Notes: a model not told the origin generated them from the letters alone. A DNA stretch of 32,000 nt from Methanococcus maripaludis (GCF_002945325.1 NZ_CP026606.1:30001-62000); one strand, 5' to 3'; positions 8,646 to 19,880 are shown, numbered from the stretch's first letter. Numbers and translations are program-made.

Positions 8646-9566
8646 TTACATAAACAACATCATATAAATTATTAAAAAAAGTAAAACTGAATAATCAACT
8701 GCTTTTAACGAATTTAGCGCTTTTTCAACAGTAATTTCTCCTTTTCCAAGTTTATAATATCCAATTTTTTCAAGTTCCATATGTAATGAATTTGCAAGCG
8801 TTGCCATTGTGTATCCCGAATTTGGTGAAGGGGTTTTGCTTCCTTCATTAAAATATCCTAAAAGTGCAGATTTTACATTTCCGCCGTAAAATGGCGCAGA
8901 TATAATTAAAAGCATTCCTGCAATTCTTGAGGGAATAAAATTTAAAATATCATCCAAATATGCGGCAGTTTTTCCATAATATAGATATTTTTCCGATTTG
9001 TAACCTATCATTGCATCAAACGTGTTAACCGCTCGATATAAAAAAGCTCCAGGAAGTCCAAAAATTGCCGCATAAATTAGCGGTGCAATAATACTGTCCG
9101 TAATGTTTTCTGACGCACTTTCAATTGAGGCTGACAAAATATGTTTTTTATCTAGTTCACTTGTATTCCTACTTACAATACACTGGACAGACTTTTTCGC
9201 GCTTTCAAGGTCGTTATTCACGATAAATTTTATCGGGGATTTTGAAAATTCAATCAATGATTTGTGCCCAATTGAAAACGAAAGGATTATTGAATAAAGA
9301 GATATTTTAATGTAGGAATTTGAAATCGAGTTTATAACCTGTTCTATTTCATAAGCCATGAAAAATACAATTCCTAAAACTAAAGCTACATTTAAAAAGC
9401 CAAAAATCAGATCTCTACTTTTATTTACTGAATTGGATGATTTGAAGACATTTTCAAAAAAGCTGATTAATTTTCCGATGAATACAACAGGGTGGACTTT
9501 TTCAGGCGGTTCTCCGATGTACCTGTCAAAAAAATCTGCTAAAATTAAATAAATTGGGTTTATCAT
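8646..9566 (-). CDS. cbiB: Adenosylcobinamide-phosphate synthase (CobD/CbiB)
   Basis: Reverse complement encodes MINPIYLILADFFDRYIGEPPEKVHPVVFIGKLI, FGLPGAFLYRAVNTFDAMIGYK, DDILNFIPSRI. These are CbiB hallmarks. Confidence 0.9.
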   Translation of the reverse strand: MINPIYLILADFFDRYIGEPPEKVHPVVFIGKLISFFENVFKSSNSVNKSRDLIFGFLNVALVLGIVFFMAYEIEQVINSISNSYIKISLYSIILSFSIGHKSLIEFSKSPIKFIVNNDLESAKKSVQCIVSRNTSELDKKHILSASIESASENITDSIIAPLIYAAIFGLPGAFLYRAVNTFDAMIGYKSEKYLYYGKTAAYLDDILNFIPSRIAGMLLIISAPFYGGNVKSALLGYFNEGSKTPSPNSGYTMATLANSLHMELEKIGYYKLGKGEITVEKALNSLKAVDYSVLLFLIIYMMLFM

Positions 9567-9576
9567 TGTTCTGACC

Positions 9577-11007
9577 TTAAAGTTTTCCAAGAGCGTTTAA
9601 GAAGTTTTTAGTTTTATCTTTTTTGATTTTACTGTACTTTTCGAACTTTTTAATATCTATTTTATCTTTTAGTAATTCTTTAACATCATTTATTGCAGCC
9701 ATTAATTTTAATATCTCTTCAATTTCCGTTTTTTCAAATTCAAAAGATTCTACAACATCCCAGTCATAAAGTAGGTAGATTGAAACACCGCCCAGATTTT
9801 TTATTGGTATGTCGTATTTTGGAAGTTCTTTTTCAAGTAAAAATTTCAAATCAAGTATTTTTTTTGGTTCGATATTTTCTACAACTAGCCAGTTTAAATG
9901 TGCAGGGGAGGGCGTAACAAGTATTGATGGGAACTGGTTTGATCTGGTTCTTTCATCGGCCGATTTTTTTAAATAATACATTAATAAGTCCTTTGAAAGG
10001 ATTTTTAAAGGAATATCTAATGAAATATTTTCAAGGATTTCATCTTCCATTTCAAGCGATTCTTTAAGTTTTTTCAGGGGTTTTCCATTTTTATAAAGCC
10101 CCCTATCTTCTAAATCATTCTTTAGGTTCATTTTTCGAAGTTTAATTTCTTCCATTGCACGTACATCGATTACTCCGCTTTCACAATCATTTCCTTTAAA
10201 ATCACTGCATATCATTCGGTATTTTTTAACAATACATCTTTCTTCATCTGAAAGTGTTTCTTTTAGCTTTTCATCAATTTTTTCAATAATTTCGTCAGAA
10301 CATGCACTTAAATAAGCTAATGAAAGTATTTTTTTAACGTACTGGTCGTTTAAAAGTTTATTTTTTGAATAATTTTTTTTAATCGAAGTGATTATTGCAT
10401 CGCCAAAGGTTTTTTTAATGTATCTTTCGTAATCTTCTTCTTCAATTTTTATTCTTTTAAATTTTCTTTTCCCGTTTTCCAAAATAACTAGTGAAAGCGT
10501 AATTGAACTTAAAATACCTTTTCCTTCAGTTTCAAATACGCTTAATATCCTTTTGTAGGATTTTATAAAAAAAGGAGGAATTTTAGAAAGTAATTCTTTG
10601 TATGATCCATCATAGGATAAATGTGCGAGTATTTTTTTGTTTCCCATATCTTCTTGAATATTTCCAATAGCAATTTTGTGAGAAACTATTGCGTATTTTA
10701 CTCTTTCAAGTGCGCCTTTTTTTTCATCGACCATTCTTCTTAGGTATGACGAATAATTAATTATTTCGTAAATATCATCGTCTTCCCCACCTTTCAACCG
10801 GCCAACACCGATGTAGGGTGTATCAAATCCCTGAAGTTCCATTTTTTCTCTAAAATTTTCCAAAATTTTTAAATTATTTTCGAGAGTTTCAGATATGGCG
10901 TTTACACTATCTTCTTTTTTGGGGTCAAAATCTTTTAATTTTTTCCCAAAATTTGATAAACAATCTAAAAAATCATTGCATTCTTTAATCAAGACACTGC
11001 TATCCAT
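9577..11007 (-). CDS. Uncharacterised conserved protein (possibly DUF530 family)
   Basis: Long 476-aa ORF between cca-like and cbiB-like genes. The family attribution is from memory and is tentative. Confidence 0.75.
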   Translation of the reverse strand: MDSSVLIKECNDFLDCLSNFGKKLKDFDPKKEDSVNAISETLENNLKILENFREKMELQGFDTPYIGVGRLKGGEDDDIYEIINYSSYLRRMVDEKKGALERVKYAIVSHKIAIGNIQEDMGNKKILAHLSYDGSYKELLSKIPPFFIKSYKRILSVFETEGKGILSSITLSLVILENGKRKFKRIKIEEEDYERYIKKTFGDAIITSIKKNYSKNKLLNDQYVKKILSLAYLSACSDEIIEKIDEKLKETLSDEERCIVKKYRMICSDFKGNDCESGVIDVRAMEEIKLRKMNLKNDLEDRGLYKNGKPLKKLKESLEMEDEILENISLDIPLKILSKDLLMYYLKKSADERTRSNQFPSILVTPSPAHLNWLVVENIEPKKILDLKFLLEKELPKYDIPIKNLGGVSIYLLYDWDVVESFEFEKTEIEEILKLMAAINDVKELLKDKIDIKKFEKYSKIKKDKTKNFLNALGKL

Positions 11008-11019
11008 ATTCTCCCGAAA

Positions 11020-12363
11020 TTATTTCCTTTCTATAAAAGTACCTAACCGTATTTTCGCATTTTCTGGACATACGTACTTAGGATAGGTTATAATGTTCTT
11101 TAATTTCCCATTAACAATATCTTCGAATAGTATTTGTATGTTTTTATATTTTCTGGTTTTGTATGCGCAAACATTGCATTCTTTAACAAAATAATGTTCG
11201 TTATGCGTTATAAAATTTAATACTCCTTGTTCACTGTATACTGGAGGCCCAATTCTTAATTTTACATCTGGAAGCTCATGAATTAAAAATTCCCAAGATA
11301 AATAACAGGTATCATCATCTGCAAAATTTTGGTACCTTAAATATTCAAAATCATGTTCTTTGACTAATTTATTAATACTTTTTTGTATTTTTTCCATTTG
11401 TGGGTAGATTACATCTTCAACAACATTTTCAGGTCTTGAAATTTCCAATGTTATTAAATAACCCCTTTTTCGCTGGTTTAACAAATCAGTAGTTTTTTTA
11501 TAAAACCCGTAGAAAAATTCTTTTGAAGGTTTTTTCAAAAACATTTTTGAATAAAATATAAATTTACATAAGTTTTCTTCATTCAATGCTGCGGCAACGT
11601 TTCTATTTAGATCAACAGGGTCGTAAACTACCAGAGAATCATTAAATTTTAAAAAATCATGATCTTTTTTTAAATCATACATTTCGTAAATTTCATTTAA
11701 AACTATTGAATGTTTTGGTTTCCACGTTTGTACGGCAGATAAAAGGTTTAAAAATCCCCCGTATTTCAATATTAAAAGTTCGCAGAGATATCCTGAAAAT
11801 CCCGCAGTTTTTAGGTCTGATCCATATATTCCAAGACCTTTTAAAAATTTTTTCAAAAGACGGATATCATTTGATAAATCATTATTTTCGTATGCATTCA
11901 ACAAAAATTCGTTATGAAGTGGAGTCCTGTCAACGGCAGAAATTATTTTTTCGCAATTTTCAATATCATAGCAAGGAACGATATCTAAATTAAATTTTCC
12001 AATTTCTCCAGAAACATACGGGTGTTCTGCATATTCTATCCATGATTTTCCATTAAAATAATTAATTACATCTTTTCCAAGTTTCAGGCCCAATTCTTTT
12101 AGCATATCTCTATCGGTTTCTTTTTCAAACCTTAAAAATATGTCAATGTCGTGATCATTTTTTAAATTTGCATCTCTTGCAGTTGATCCAACTTGAATTA
12201 TATCTAAGACAGGATATTTTGAAATATCTTTGATTTTAGAGATTATTTTATCCGAAAATATTTTTAATTCTTCTTTTTCCGAGTCTGTTGGACAGATATC
12301 CTTTAAAACATCGTTTAAAATATCAATATAATCATCAGCATTTAATTTTTTCAAAATATCCAC
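11020..12363 (-). CDS. cca: CCA tRNA nucleotidyltransferase, archaeal class I
   Basis: Nucleotidyltransferase motif VGSTARDANLKNDHDIDIFLRF. Archaeal CCA-adding enzyme C-terminal region. GTG start. Confidence 0.93.
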   Translation of the reverse strand: MDILKKLNADDYIDILNDVLKDICPTDSEKEELKIFSDKIISKIKDISKYPVLDIIQVGSTARDANLKNDHDIDIFLRFEKETDRDMLKELGLKLGKDVINYFNGKSWIEYAEHPYVSGEIGKFNLDIVPCYDIENCEKIISAVDRTPLHNEFLLNAYENNDLSNDIRLLKKFLKGLGIYGSDLKTAGFSGYLCELLILKYGGFLNLLSAVQTWKPKHSIVLNEIYEMYDLKKDHDFLKFNDSLVVYDPVDLNRNVAAALNEENLCKFIFYSKMFLKKPSKEFFYGFYKKTTDLLNQRKRGYLITLEISRPENVVEDVIYPQMEKIQKSINKLVKEHDFEYLRYQNFADDDTCYLSWEFLIHELPDVKLRIGPPVYSEQGVLNFITHNEHYFVKECNVCAYKTRKYKNIQILFEDIVNGKLKNIITYPKYVCPENAKIRLGTFIERK

Positions 12364-12411
12364 CTGAAAATAAAATTTAAAAAATAACTATGTAATATAT
12401 TTAAAAACAGA

Positions 12412-12768
12412 TTAAACCGTGTTTTTTACGTTTTCGTGTTTACATTGAACATCAATCGAATTTTTGACCTTCTTTAAATTTTGATATTTCTCAGATTGCA
12501 TGTTTATGTATTTAAAAGCGTTTTCAGACAATCTTTTTGAAAGATTTTCTGGGATTGAATCGTCTCTTTGAGATAACCCTTCTGCAAGGCATGCAGCAAG
12601 TAAGAAAATAGCGGCTCTTTGTTCTGTTTTGAGTTTGTGGATATGATGGGGCTTTACATCTAGTTCTTCGTAAGTTTTCAAATAAACACAGTCTGTGCCC
12701 TCTGGGATCATTTCTTTGAAAACGTGCACGAAAAATTGGTGGAGTTCCATTAGTTGTTCTTTGTGCAT
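12412..12768 (-). CDS. UPF0058-family small metal-binding-like protein
   Basis: MHKEQLMELHQFFVHVFKEM...VKPHHIHKLKTEQRAAIFLLA is characteristic of the archaeal UPF0058 family. Confidence 0.75.
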   Translation of the reverse strand: MHKEQLMELHQFFVHVFKEMIPEGTDCVYLKTYEELDVKPHHIHKLKTEQRAAIFLLAACLAEGLSQRDDSIPENLSKRLSENAFKYINMQSEKYQNLKKVKNSIDVQCKHENVKNTV

Positions 12769-13049
12769 TGGTTCCCCCTTTTAAATTTATTATGGGTTTA
12801 AGTTAAATCATCATATTATATATAGTTTTCAGAATTTTGGTTCTATTTCCAATTTAAAAATTTAATTAAAAAAGAATAACGATAGCTAATCACAGAAATT
12901 ATTACCTAAAATATATATTATGTTCTTATACCTGTAAATATAATCCTTTTTGTAGCAAACATATTTATGCAAAAAAACGTACCTAAATTTAAGATTAATT
13001 GATATTATTTGGTTTAATTTTTTAATTTTCATAATTCATGGGTGATATT

Positions 13050-13916
13050 TTGATTTTACTTGCACTGCCAAACAAGGGGAGAATTTCAAAACCTGTAAAC
13101 GAAATTTTGGAGAAATCAGGTTTAAAAATAAGTGTACATGGAAGAAGCCTTTTTGCAAATACTGTTGATCCAGAAATAAAAGTAATGTTTGCAAGGGCGA
13201 AAGATATTCCTGAATTTGTGCGAGATGGTGTTGCTGACGTTGGAGTTACTGGATATGACTTAATGCTTGAGCGGGATACCGAAGAAGAACTTGAAATGCT
13301 TTTGGATTTTAAATTTGGAAATGCAAGGCTCGTACTTGCAGCTCCTGAAAATTCAGATGTAAACTCAATTGAGGATGTAAAAGACGGAATGAAAATCGCA
13401 ACAGAGTTTCCAGGCCTTACGAAAAGGTATTTAGAAAAAAAGGGGCTTAATTTAGAAATTATTGAATTAAGTGGTGCAACTGAAATCGCTCCTTTTATCG
13501 GCGTTTCTGACCTTATTTGTGATTTAACATCAACAGGGACAACGCTTCAATTAAACAGGTTAAAAGAAATAGAAAACGTTGTTTCATCAACAACAAGACT
13601 CGTTGCAAACAAAAAAAGTATGAAAGACCCAGAAAAAAGTGCAAAAATAAATCAGGTTCTTTCAGGAATTAAGAGTGTAATGTATGCACAGAGTAAAAGG
13701 CTGATAATGATGAACGCCCCAAAAGACAAGGTTTCAGAAATTACTTCAGTAATTCCAGGAATGGGCGGTCCAACAGTATCAGAAATTCTTTCAAACTGTG
13801 ATATGCTTGCAATTAATGCAGTAATCGATGAAAATAAGGTATTTGAAACAGTTAGCAACCTCGAAAAGCTCGGGGCAAGGGATATTCTGGTTGTTCCAAT
13901 AGAAAGAATACTTTAA
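13050..13916 (+). CDS. hisG: ATP phosphoribosyltransferase, long form
   Basis: [37 protein letters not shown], and a C-terminal regulatory domain. The TTG at 13050 is preferred because GGTGAT lies at 13041-13046; the track start is 13038. Confidence 0.95.
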   Translation: MILLALPNKGRISKPVNEILEKSGLKISVHGRSLFANTVDPEIKVMFARAKDIPEFVRDGVADVGVTGYDLMLERDTEEELEMLLDFKFGNARLVLAAPENSDVNSIEDVKDGMKIATEFPGLTKRYLEKKGLNLEIIELSGATEIAPFIGVSDLICDLTSTGTTLQLNRLKEIENVVSSTTRLVANKKSMKDPEKSAKINQVLSGIKSVMYAQSKRLIMMNAPKDKVSEITSVIPGMGGPTVSEILSNCDMLAINAVIDENKVFETVSNLEKLGARDILVVPIERIL

Positions 13917-14098
13917 AAATTTGATTTTGACTCTTTATTTTTTAGATTGGATAAATATCTCTTAAAAAATCTTTTTATAGTTAAATTTAAAAAGAAAGTA
14001 AAGTATATTTATCTAGGTTTGAAATGAAGTTTATTCTTAAAATCTCGGCATGTTAGATCATGTTAATATAATTTATTTTTATTATTTGGGTGAATAAA

Positions 14099-15508
14099 AT
14101 GAGCGAAGATCTATCAATGAAATGCGGTCTTGAAATTCACGTGCAGGTAGATACAAATTCTAAACTATTCTGCCAGTGCCCTACAAATTATAAGGACGTT
14201 GAACCAAACACGAACATCTGTCCGGTATGTATTGGACACCCTGGTGCAAAACCCATGCCTCCAAACAAAAAGGCAATAGATGTTGCAATAATGGTTGCAA
14301 AAATGTTGGATTGTGAAATGGTTATCGATAAAGACATCTATTTCCAGAGAAAACATTACAACTACCCGGATTTACCAAGCGGGTACCAAAAAACATCTGT
14401 TCCGATTGGAGAACACGGAACATTTTTAGGTGTTGGAATTACTGAAGTTCACCTCGAAGAAGATCCTGGACAGTATAAGCCAGATCTTGGAACTGTTGAC
14501 TACAACAGGAGCGGAACTCCATTAATTGAAATCGTAACTGACCCTGATATGAAAAGCCCTGAAGAAGCGAGAGAATTTTTAAGGCAGTTAATGAGATTAT
14601 TCAGGTACATCGGCCACTTAAGGGGCGAAGGTACTATGAGAGCTGACACCAACATATCTATTAAATACAACGGAATTCAGGGAAATCGGGTCGAAGTTAA
14701 AAACGTAAATTCTATAAGGGGCGTTTACAAAGTTTTAAAATACGAGTTGATAAGACAGAAAAACGTTCTTCGAAGGGGCGGAGAAATTAAAATGGAAACA
14801 AGGGCTTTCATGGAAAGTCAAATGATTACAAAAGGAATGAGAAGTAAAGAAACTGCGGACGATTACAGGTACATTCCAGATCCTGATTTACAGCCTATTG
14901 TTTTAAACAACAACTGGGTTGAAAAAGTTGAAGCCCAGATGCCAGAAACTCCAATGAACAAGGAAAAAAGGTTTGTTGAGCAGTACGGAATAAAAGAAGA
15001 CGATGCAAAAGTTTTAGTTTCGGATTTAGAACTTGCAGATGTTTTCGAAAAAGTCGTAGCAGAACTTGGAAACGACAAGAATGGAATTTCGCTCGCAGTT
15101 ACATGGATTAGGAATGAATTGAAGAGAGTTTTAGTTTACAACAAAATAGAATTCTTTGAAACGAATTTAAAACCAGAACACATGGTTGAATTAATTAATT
15201 CGATTAAAGATAAAACAATCAGCCAGAAAATCGGTAAAACTATCATTGAACAGATGGTTGAACATAAAGGAGAAAAAACTCCAAAAGAATTAATTACAGA
15301 AATGGGTTTAACTGTTATTGAAGACACAAGCGAACTTGAAAAAGCCTGTGAAGAAGCTATTAAAAACAGTGAAAAAGCAGTTGAAGACTATAAATCTGGA
15401 AATCAACGAGCATTAAACTCTGTTGTTGGTCAGGTTATGAAATTAACCCGCGGAAGAGCAGAACCTGGAACTGTTGTTGAAATACTTAAGAAAAAAATTG
15501 ATGGATAA
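14099..15508 (+). CDS. gatB: Aspartyl/glutamyl-tRNA(Asn/Gln) amidotransferase subunit B
   Basis: CGLEIHVQV, CPVCIGHPGAKP, FYPDLPSGYQ-like YNYPDLPSGYQKTS, and a C-terminal GatB/YqeY domain. Confidence 0.97.
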   Translation: MSEDLSMKCGLEIHVQVDTNSKLFCQCPTNYKDVEPNTNICPVCIGHPGAKPMPPNKKAIDVAIMVAKMLDCEMVIDKDIYFQRKHYNYPDLPSGYQKTSVPIGEHGTFLGVGITEVHLEEDPGQYKPDLGTVDYNRSGTPLIEIVTDPDMKSPEEAREFLRQLMRLFRYIGHLRGEGTMRADTNISIKYNGIQGNRVEVKNVNSIRGVYKVLKYELIRQKNVLRRGGEIKMETRAFMESQMITKGMRSKETADDYRYIPDPDLQPIVLNNNWVEKVEAQMPETPMNKEKRFVEQYGIKEDDAKVLVSDLELADVFEKVVAELGNDKNGISLAVTWIRNELKRVLVYNKIEFFETNLKPEHMVELINSIKDKTISQKIGKTIIEQMVEHKGEKTPKELITEMGLTVIEDTSELEKACEEAIKNSEKAVEDYKSGNQRALNSVVGQVMKLTRGRAEPGTVVEILKKKIDG

Positions 15509-15581
15509 CTTTTTTATTTTTCTATTTTTTTAAGTTTTAAAAATTTAAAAAGTACTAAAAATTAAAGAATTCGGAAAAAAT

Positions 15582-17423
15582 TTATTCTTTTAATTTCCAG
15601 TCAATTTCTAACAATTCACTGTATTTTTCAAGAACTCTTTTTATATATTCATTGAAATTTCCGTTTTCAAATTCTTTTGACCATTTTTCATTTTCAAATT
15701 CAAAAGCACCTGCAATTATTAATTCTTTTACTCTTTCACTTTCCATTTCTGGACAACCGATATTTGAATCGTATTTTGCAATTTTTTTGAATAATTCCAT
15801 AGATTCTTCATTTAAATTAACGTCACTGACTTCTTTTACAAGTTTGTCAATTATTGGGGTTATCCATTTTCTATGGAATCTACATATTCCAAGATTTTCA
15901 AGTGTAATTTCTTCAATTGAATTTTTAACACTCAGTTCTGCAAGTTCTTCAGGTTCTAAAAAAACCCCGCACTGGTAGTGTGTTAAATATTTTCCCTGAA
16001 TTAAGTATGGCATGAAATTTCCAATTGCCCAGTACATTGTTGGTGAAATCTGGCCCTGTTCTCCAAAAGAATCATAAACTCCAAAGTCTTCGAATTTTTT
16101 ATCATTAACTCTGTCAGGATATTTTTCATCAAGTATTTTTCCAGCACGCCTAGTTCCAGATTTACAGATTTTTCCAAATTCGTTTGTTTGAAAAGCAATA
16201 ATTTCTGCAAGTTTTACGGCTTGCTGTGCATTATGCATTGAATTTTTTAATATGTCGTCATCTTCTTCGAAGTTTGAAATGTCAAATACTGGTTTTTCAA
16301 TTCCAACTTCTTCTGGTTTTAACATTCCGTTATTTAATAGTTCAAAAGTCCAAGAACACAAATTTCCAAATTCGATTGCATCAAACCCGAGTTTATCTAC
16401 TGTGTGGACCACTTTGTCTGCTGCATAAATATCAAAAACACCGATACATGGTCCGTTTGCTTCATAGGGCTCGTAATCTACATGAAGCCCTTTTCTGTAT
16501 TTTTTACAAACAACAGGACAGGGTTCTCCACAGTTGGTCCAGTTTTTAGTTTCAATTGCTTCTTTATCAAAACGGTTTACAAAATATTCAATTATTTTTT
16601 TGTGAAGTTTCATTCTTTTATTTTTATCAATAAACGGCATTCTCCAGTTAAAAACCGGTGTTAATTCCATTGTAACGTGGTAGTTATTCCCAAAGGTTCC
16701 GCCGGTTTTTTTCTCTTCACTGTACCTGTATTTTTCAGTATGTTCTAAAACGACTTTTGTATATGGTTTATTGTAGTGTTCTTCAACAATCTCTTTAAGA
16801 TTTTTTTCAGGGGTTTTTTTGCCAAAAAATACAACTCCCAAAACATTATGGGCTTGATATAAAACTGAACCGCCTCCCCCTCTTGCAGCCCAATCTTCGG
16901 AGCCTTCGACAATTTTTCCATTTCTTATGGTTTGCGAATAAATTCCACCCATATTTGTAGTTTTTGAAGCAGGTCCGACTAAAAATGCCCTGTAATTTTT
17001 TTCCTTAAATAAGTCGATTATTTTATCGTTAAATTCATAAATATCAGTTATTTCTTCTGTAAATGGCATAAATTCTATTTTTAATTTATCTTCTTCCCCA
17101 TTAAGTACAATTACAGTTGGAACTTCACATTTTCCAGTAATTGCAACGTTTTGAATTCCCGTATCTTTAAATGTATATCCAGCACCGCCCATTGCAGAGA
17201 AGTGAAATCCATCCCATAATGGAGATCTAAATGAAAAAATTAGCCGGTGACCTCCAATGATTGGTAAAACTCCTTTTCCAAAGCAGAAAATATTTTTTTC
17301 ATCAAATGCATCGTATTTCCATGTTTCCTGCATGTTGTGTAAATTAATTCCAAAAGAAATAGGAAATTCTGATCCTTCAATTTCTTCATAATTTTGTCTT
17401 GATCCGTCAATCAAAATGTTCAT
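15582..17423 (-). CDS. gor: Aldehyde:ferredoxin oxidoreductase family enzyme, likely glyceraldehyde-3-phosphate:ferredoxin oxidoreductase
   Basis: AOR-family tungstopterin protein with GEPCPVVC cysteine motif, YEPYEANGP, a further Cys in LGICRFHRKW, and GGGGSVLYQAHNVLG. Assignment as GAPOR is by similarity to the known M. maripaludis enzyme, as remembered. Confidence 0.85.
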   Translation of the reverse strand: MNILIDGSRQNYEEIEGSEFPISFGINLHNMQETWKYDAFDEKNIFCFGKGVLPIIGGHRLIFSFRSPLWDGFHFSAMGGAGYTFKDTGIQNVAITGKCEVPTVIVLNGEEDKLKIEFMPFTEEITDIYEFNDKIIDLFKEKNYRAFLVGPASKTTNMGGIYSQTIRNGKIVEGSEDWAARGGGGSVLYQAHNVLGVVFFGKKTPEKNLKEIVEEHYNKPYTKVVLEHTEKYRYSEEKKTGGTFGNNYHVTMELTPVFNWRMPFIDKNKRMKLHKKIIEYFVNRFDKEAIETKNWTNCGEPCPVVCKKYRKGLHVDYEPYEANGPCIGVFDIYAADKVVHTVDKLGFDAIEFGNLCSWTFELLNNGMLKPEEVGIEKPVFDISNFEEDDDILKNSMHNAQQAVKLAEIIAFQTNEFGKICKSGTRRAGKILDEKYPDRVNDKKFEDFGVYDSFGEQGQISPTMYWAIGNFMPYLIQGKYLTHYQCGVFLEPEELAELSVKNSIEEITLENLGICRFHRKWITPIIDKLVKEVSDVNLNEESMELFKKIAKYDSNIGCPEMESERVKELIIAGAFEFENEKWSKEFENGNFNEYIKRVLEKYSELLEIDWKLKE

Positions 17424-17511
17424 ATATAACACCCTGACAAATTAATAAATAATTACAATTAATTGGGGTTTAATCCTATATTTGTTTTTATTTATTGATA
17501 ATGGGGATTTT

Positions 17512-18522
17512 ATGAAAGAAAATGAATATAGATTTTTAATGCGAATTTTTGTATTAATATCGTTTCTATCAGTTTTAATTATTGCCTTTCCATTTTTAGA
17601 TACTATCGCATTTGCATGCGCGTTTGCCTACATGACCGAGCCTTTTTTCAGCGCATTGAAAAAATATACTGGAAGAACACTTGGTGCAATACTCTGTATT
17701 TTAATGATAACAGTTCCTGCAATAATACTCGTATTTTTAATATTAACCGATATTTTTGAATTTTTAAACAGTTTGGACTATGCAGGTTTTGTTGATTATA
17801 CATTACAGTTTATAAATTATATAGGTTTACAAAATATCGCAAAAGAGGATTTATCTTCAATACTGTCAGAAATCTGGAATTTTTTAAAGCCGACACTTAA
17901 TAAAATGGCAGGCCAAATCTATGGAATCCCGCTATTATTGATAAAAGGATTAGTTACGGTATTTTTGACATATTATTTCTTAAAAGATGGATATAGATTT
18001 AAAGAAGCAGTAATGCCCCATGTTCCCGAAGTTTACCATGTTCAAACTGAACTGTTTATTCGAAAACTTCATGAAGCTTACAAAAATCTTTTTGTCGTAA
18101 ATGCACTAACTGCATTTACTGTTGGATTAATTTCAATTGCAGGTTTCTGGGCGATAGGCCTTCCAAATCCAGTTACGCTTGGAGCATTGAGTGGTATTTT
18201 AACATTGCTTCCAATTGTTGGAGGTTGGACCATATACATGCCATTATCCGTTTATTATATTGCAGTTGGAATGTATTCAAAAGCAATATTACTTTTTGGG
18301 TTTGGCGTACTTTTCTTATCCCTTGCACCCGATTTTGTAATACGGCCAAGGCTTGTAAACCATGAAAGCAGTATTCATCCCGCTTTTGCACTCGTTGCAT
18401 TTTTAATGGGCCCGCTTGCTTTAGGAATCACGGGTTTTGCATTAGGTCCTTTGATAATGGGCACATTTGATGCAATATTCAGGGTAAAAAATGGCAAAGA
18501 TAGTATTATAAACCTAAAATAG
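17512..18522 (+). CDS. AI-2E family transporter / PerM-like permease
   Basis: Multi-TM protein with the family C-terminal GALSGILTLLPIVGGWTIYMPLS and PDFVIRPRLV region. Confidence 0.85.
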   Translation: MKENEYRFLMRIFVLISFLSVLIIAFPFLDTIAFACAFAYMTEPFFSALKKYTGRTLGAILCILMITVPAIILVFLILTDIFEFLNSLDYAGFVDYTLQFINYIGLQNIAKEDLSSILSEIWNFLKPTLNKMAGQIYGIPLLLIKGLVTVFLTYYFLKDGYRFKEAVMPHVPEVYHVQTELFIRKLHEAYKNLFVVNALTAFTVGLISIAGFWAIGLPNPVTLGALSGILTLLPIVGGWTIYMPLSVYYIAVGMYSKAILLFGFGVLFLSLAPDFVIRPRLVNHESSIHPAFALVAFLMGPLALGITGFALGPLIMGTFDAIFRVKNGKDSIINLK

Positions 18523-18544
18523 CTAATAAATACAAAGTGATATA

Positions 18545-18997
18545 ATGGAAAAGAAAATAGCAGTAACTGCAGGTACGTTTGATTTACTACACCCTGGACA
18601 CTTTAACACGCTTAATTTTGCGAAAAAACACGCGGATGAACTTGTTGTAATTATTGCAAGGGATGAAACCGTAAAAAAAATTAAAGGTAGAAGTCCAGTA
18701 ATTCCAGAAAAACAGCGAAAAATAATGATAGAAGCATTAAAACCTGTTGACCGTGCAGTTTTGGGTAGCTTAACTAATAAACTTGAACCGATTTTAGAAA
18801 TCAGGCCTGATGTTATAGTTTTGGGTCCTGATCAAACCACATATCAGATTAATGAATTAAAAGCACAGCTTGCAGAACATTCACTATATCCTGAGATATT
18901 AAAAGTCGAAGATTATGTAAAATGCCCATTTCACAGTTCTTATGATATTTTGAAAGAAATTGTTAGAAGATGGTGCTGTAAGGAATTAAAAGTATAG
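18545..18997 (+). CDS. ribL: Archaeal FAD synthase (RibL), cytidylyltransferase-like
   Basis: Nucleotidyltransferase motif [15 protein letters not shown] and a C-terminal Cys pair typical of archaeal RibL. Confidence 0.85.
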   Translation: MEKKIAVTAGTFDLLHPGHFNTLNFAKKHADELVVIIARDETVKKIKGRSPVIPEKQRKIMIEALKPVDRAVLGSLTNKLEPILEIRPDVIVLGPDQTTYQINELKAQLAEHSLYPEILKVEDYVKCPFHSSYDILKEIVRRWCCKELKV

Positions 18998-19010
18998 TTT
19001 GTGTGTATTT

Positions 19011-19823
19011 ATGGAGATTTTTTTAATCTATTTACTTTTATTGGTTGTTGGATGTATTGTTGGTTTTACGACTGGTGCTTTGGGGCTTGGTGGCGGTTTC
19101 CTGATGGTTCCAATATTAATTTATATATTCCAAAATCTAGGGATATCTAACGACTATGTCGTTGCAATGGCCGTTGGAACAAGTCTTTCAGTTATTTTTT
19201 TAACTTCGCTAAACAGTGCTTATTCACATTCAAAATTTGGAAACATAATTTGGAAGTACTCGTTATTGCTCGGGTTTTCGGGAATCATGGGAACTTTTGT
19301 AGGGGTCCAAATCGTTACAAAGTACCTAAGCGGTGATCTTCACCGAATTTTATTCGGCATCATGTTAATAATCCTTTCTTTAAATATGGCGCTCAGTAAA
19401 TCTGACCCGAAGGTGGAAAAAAGCCAGGAAATTAAATATCTGCCAGTTATATTTTGCGGATTTTTGATAGGAATTTTATCAAGCATGTTTGGAATTGGCG
19501 GTGGAACTATTGCAATTCCAATTTTAACGATATTTTTAAAAACGCCGATAAAAAAAAGCATAGGCACTTCTCTTGGAATGATGGTAATAATTTCATTGAG
19601 TGGAGCTTTGGGATATTTCACAAACCCCGTTACAATACCGCAAGCGTATAATTATTTAAACTTTATAGGCTACGTATCATTGACATCTGCTTTGTCGATA
19701 GGTGTTATGAGCATCATATTTTCAAGATATGGGGCTAAACTCTCAAACAGCATAAATGCCAGCCTTTTAAAAAAATTTTTCGGCATCATCCTCATGTTTG
19801 TTGGACTTACAATGATAATTTAA
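19011..19823 (+). CDS. TauE/SafE family sulfite exporter-like permease
   Basis: Repeated membrane motif (TGALGLGGGFLMVPILI ... SSMFGIGGGTIAIPIL). Confidence 0.9.
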   Translation: MEIFLIYLLLLVVGCIVGFTTGALGLGGGFLMVPILIYIFQNLGISNDYVVAMAVGTSLSVIFLTSLNSAYSHSKFGNIIWKYSLLLGFSGIMGTFVGVQIVTKYLSGDLHRILFGIMLIILSLNMALSKSDPKVEKSQEIKYLPVIFCGFLIGILSSMFGIGGGTIAIPILTIFLKTPIKKSIGTSLGMMVIISLSGALGYFTNPVTIPQAYNYLNFIGYVSLTSALSIGVMSIIFSRYGAKLSNSINASLLKKFFGIILMFVGLTMII

Positions 19824-19880
19824 TTAAAATCAACCCCCGAATAATTTTAAAATTAATTTATTTTAATTAACGGTGATATA

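Noticed and set aside
13021-13049. Upstream ATG (13038) as the hisG start
   Set aside because: It lies directly before GGTGAT, which is positioned to serve the TTG at 13050, and homologous HisG proteins start at ILLALPNKG as I recall.
16001-16664. Several ORFs of 69-108 aa on both strands inside the gor gene (16001..16210, 16226..16549, 16404..16664)
   Set aside because: They lie fully inside a strongly supported 616-aa AOR-family ORF in other frames and have low-complexity, AT-driven composition.
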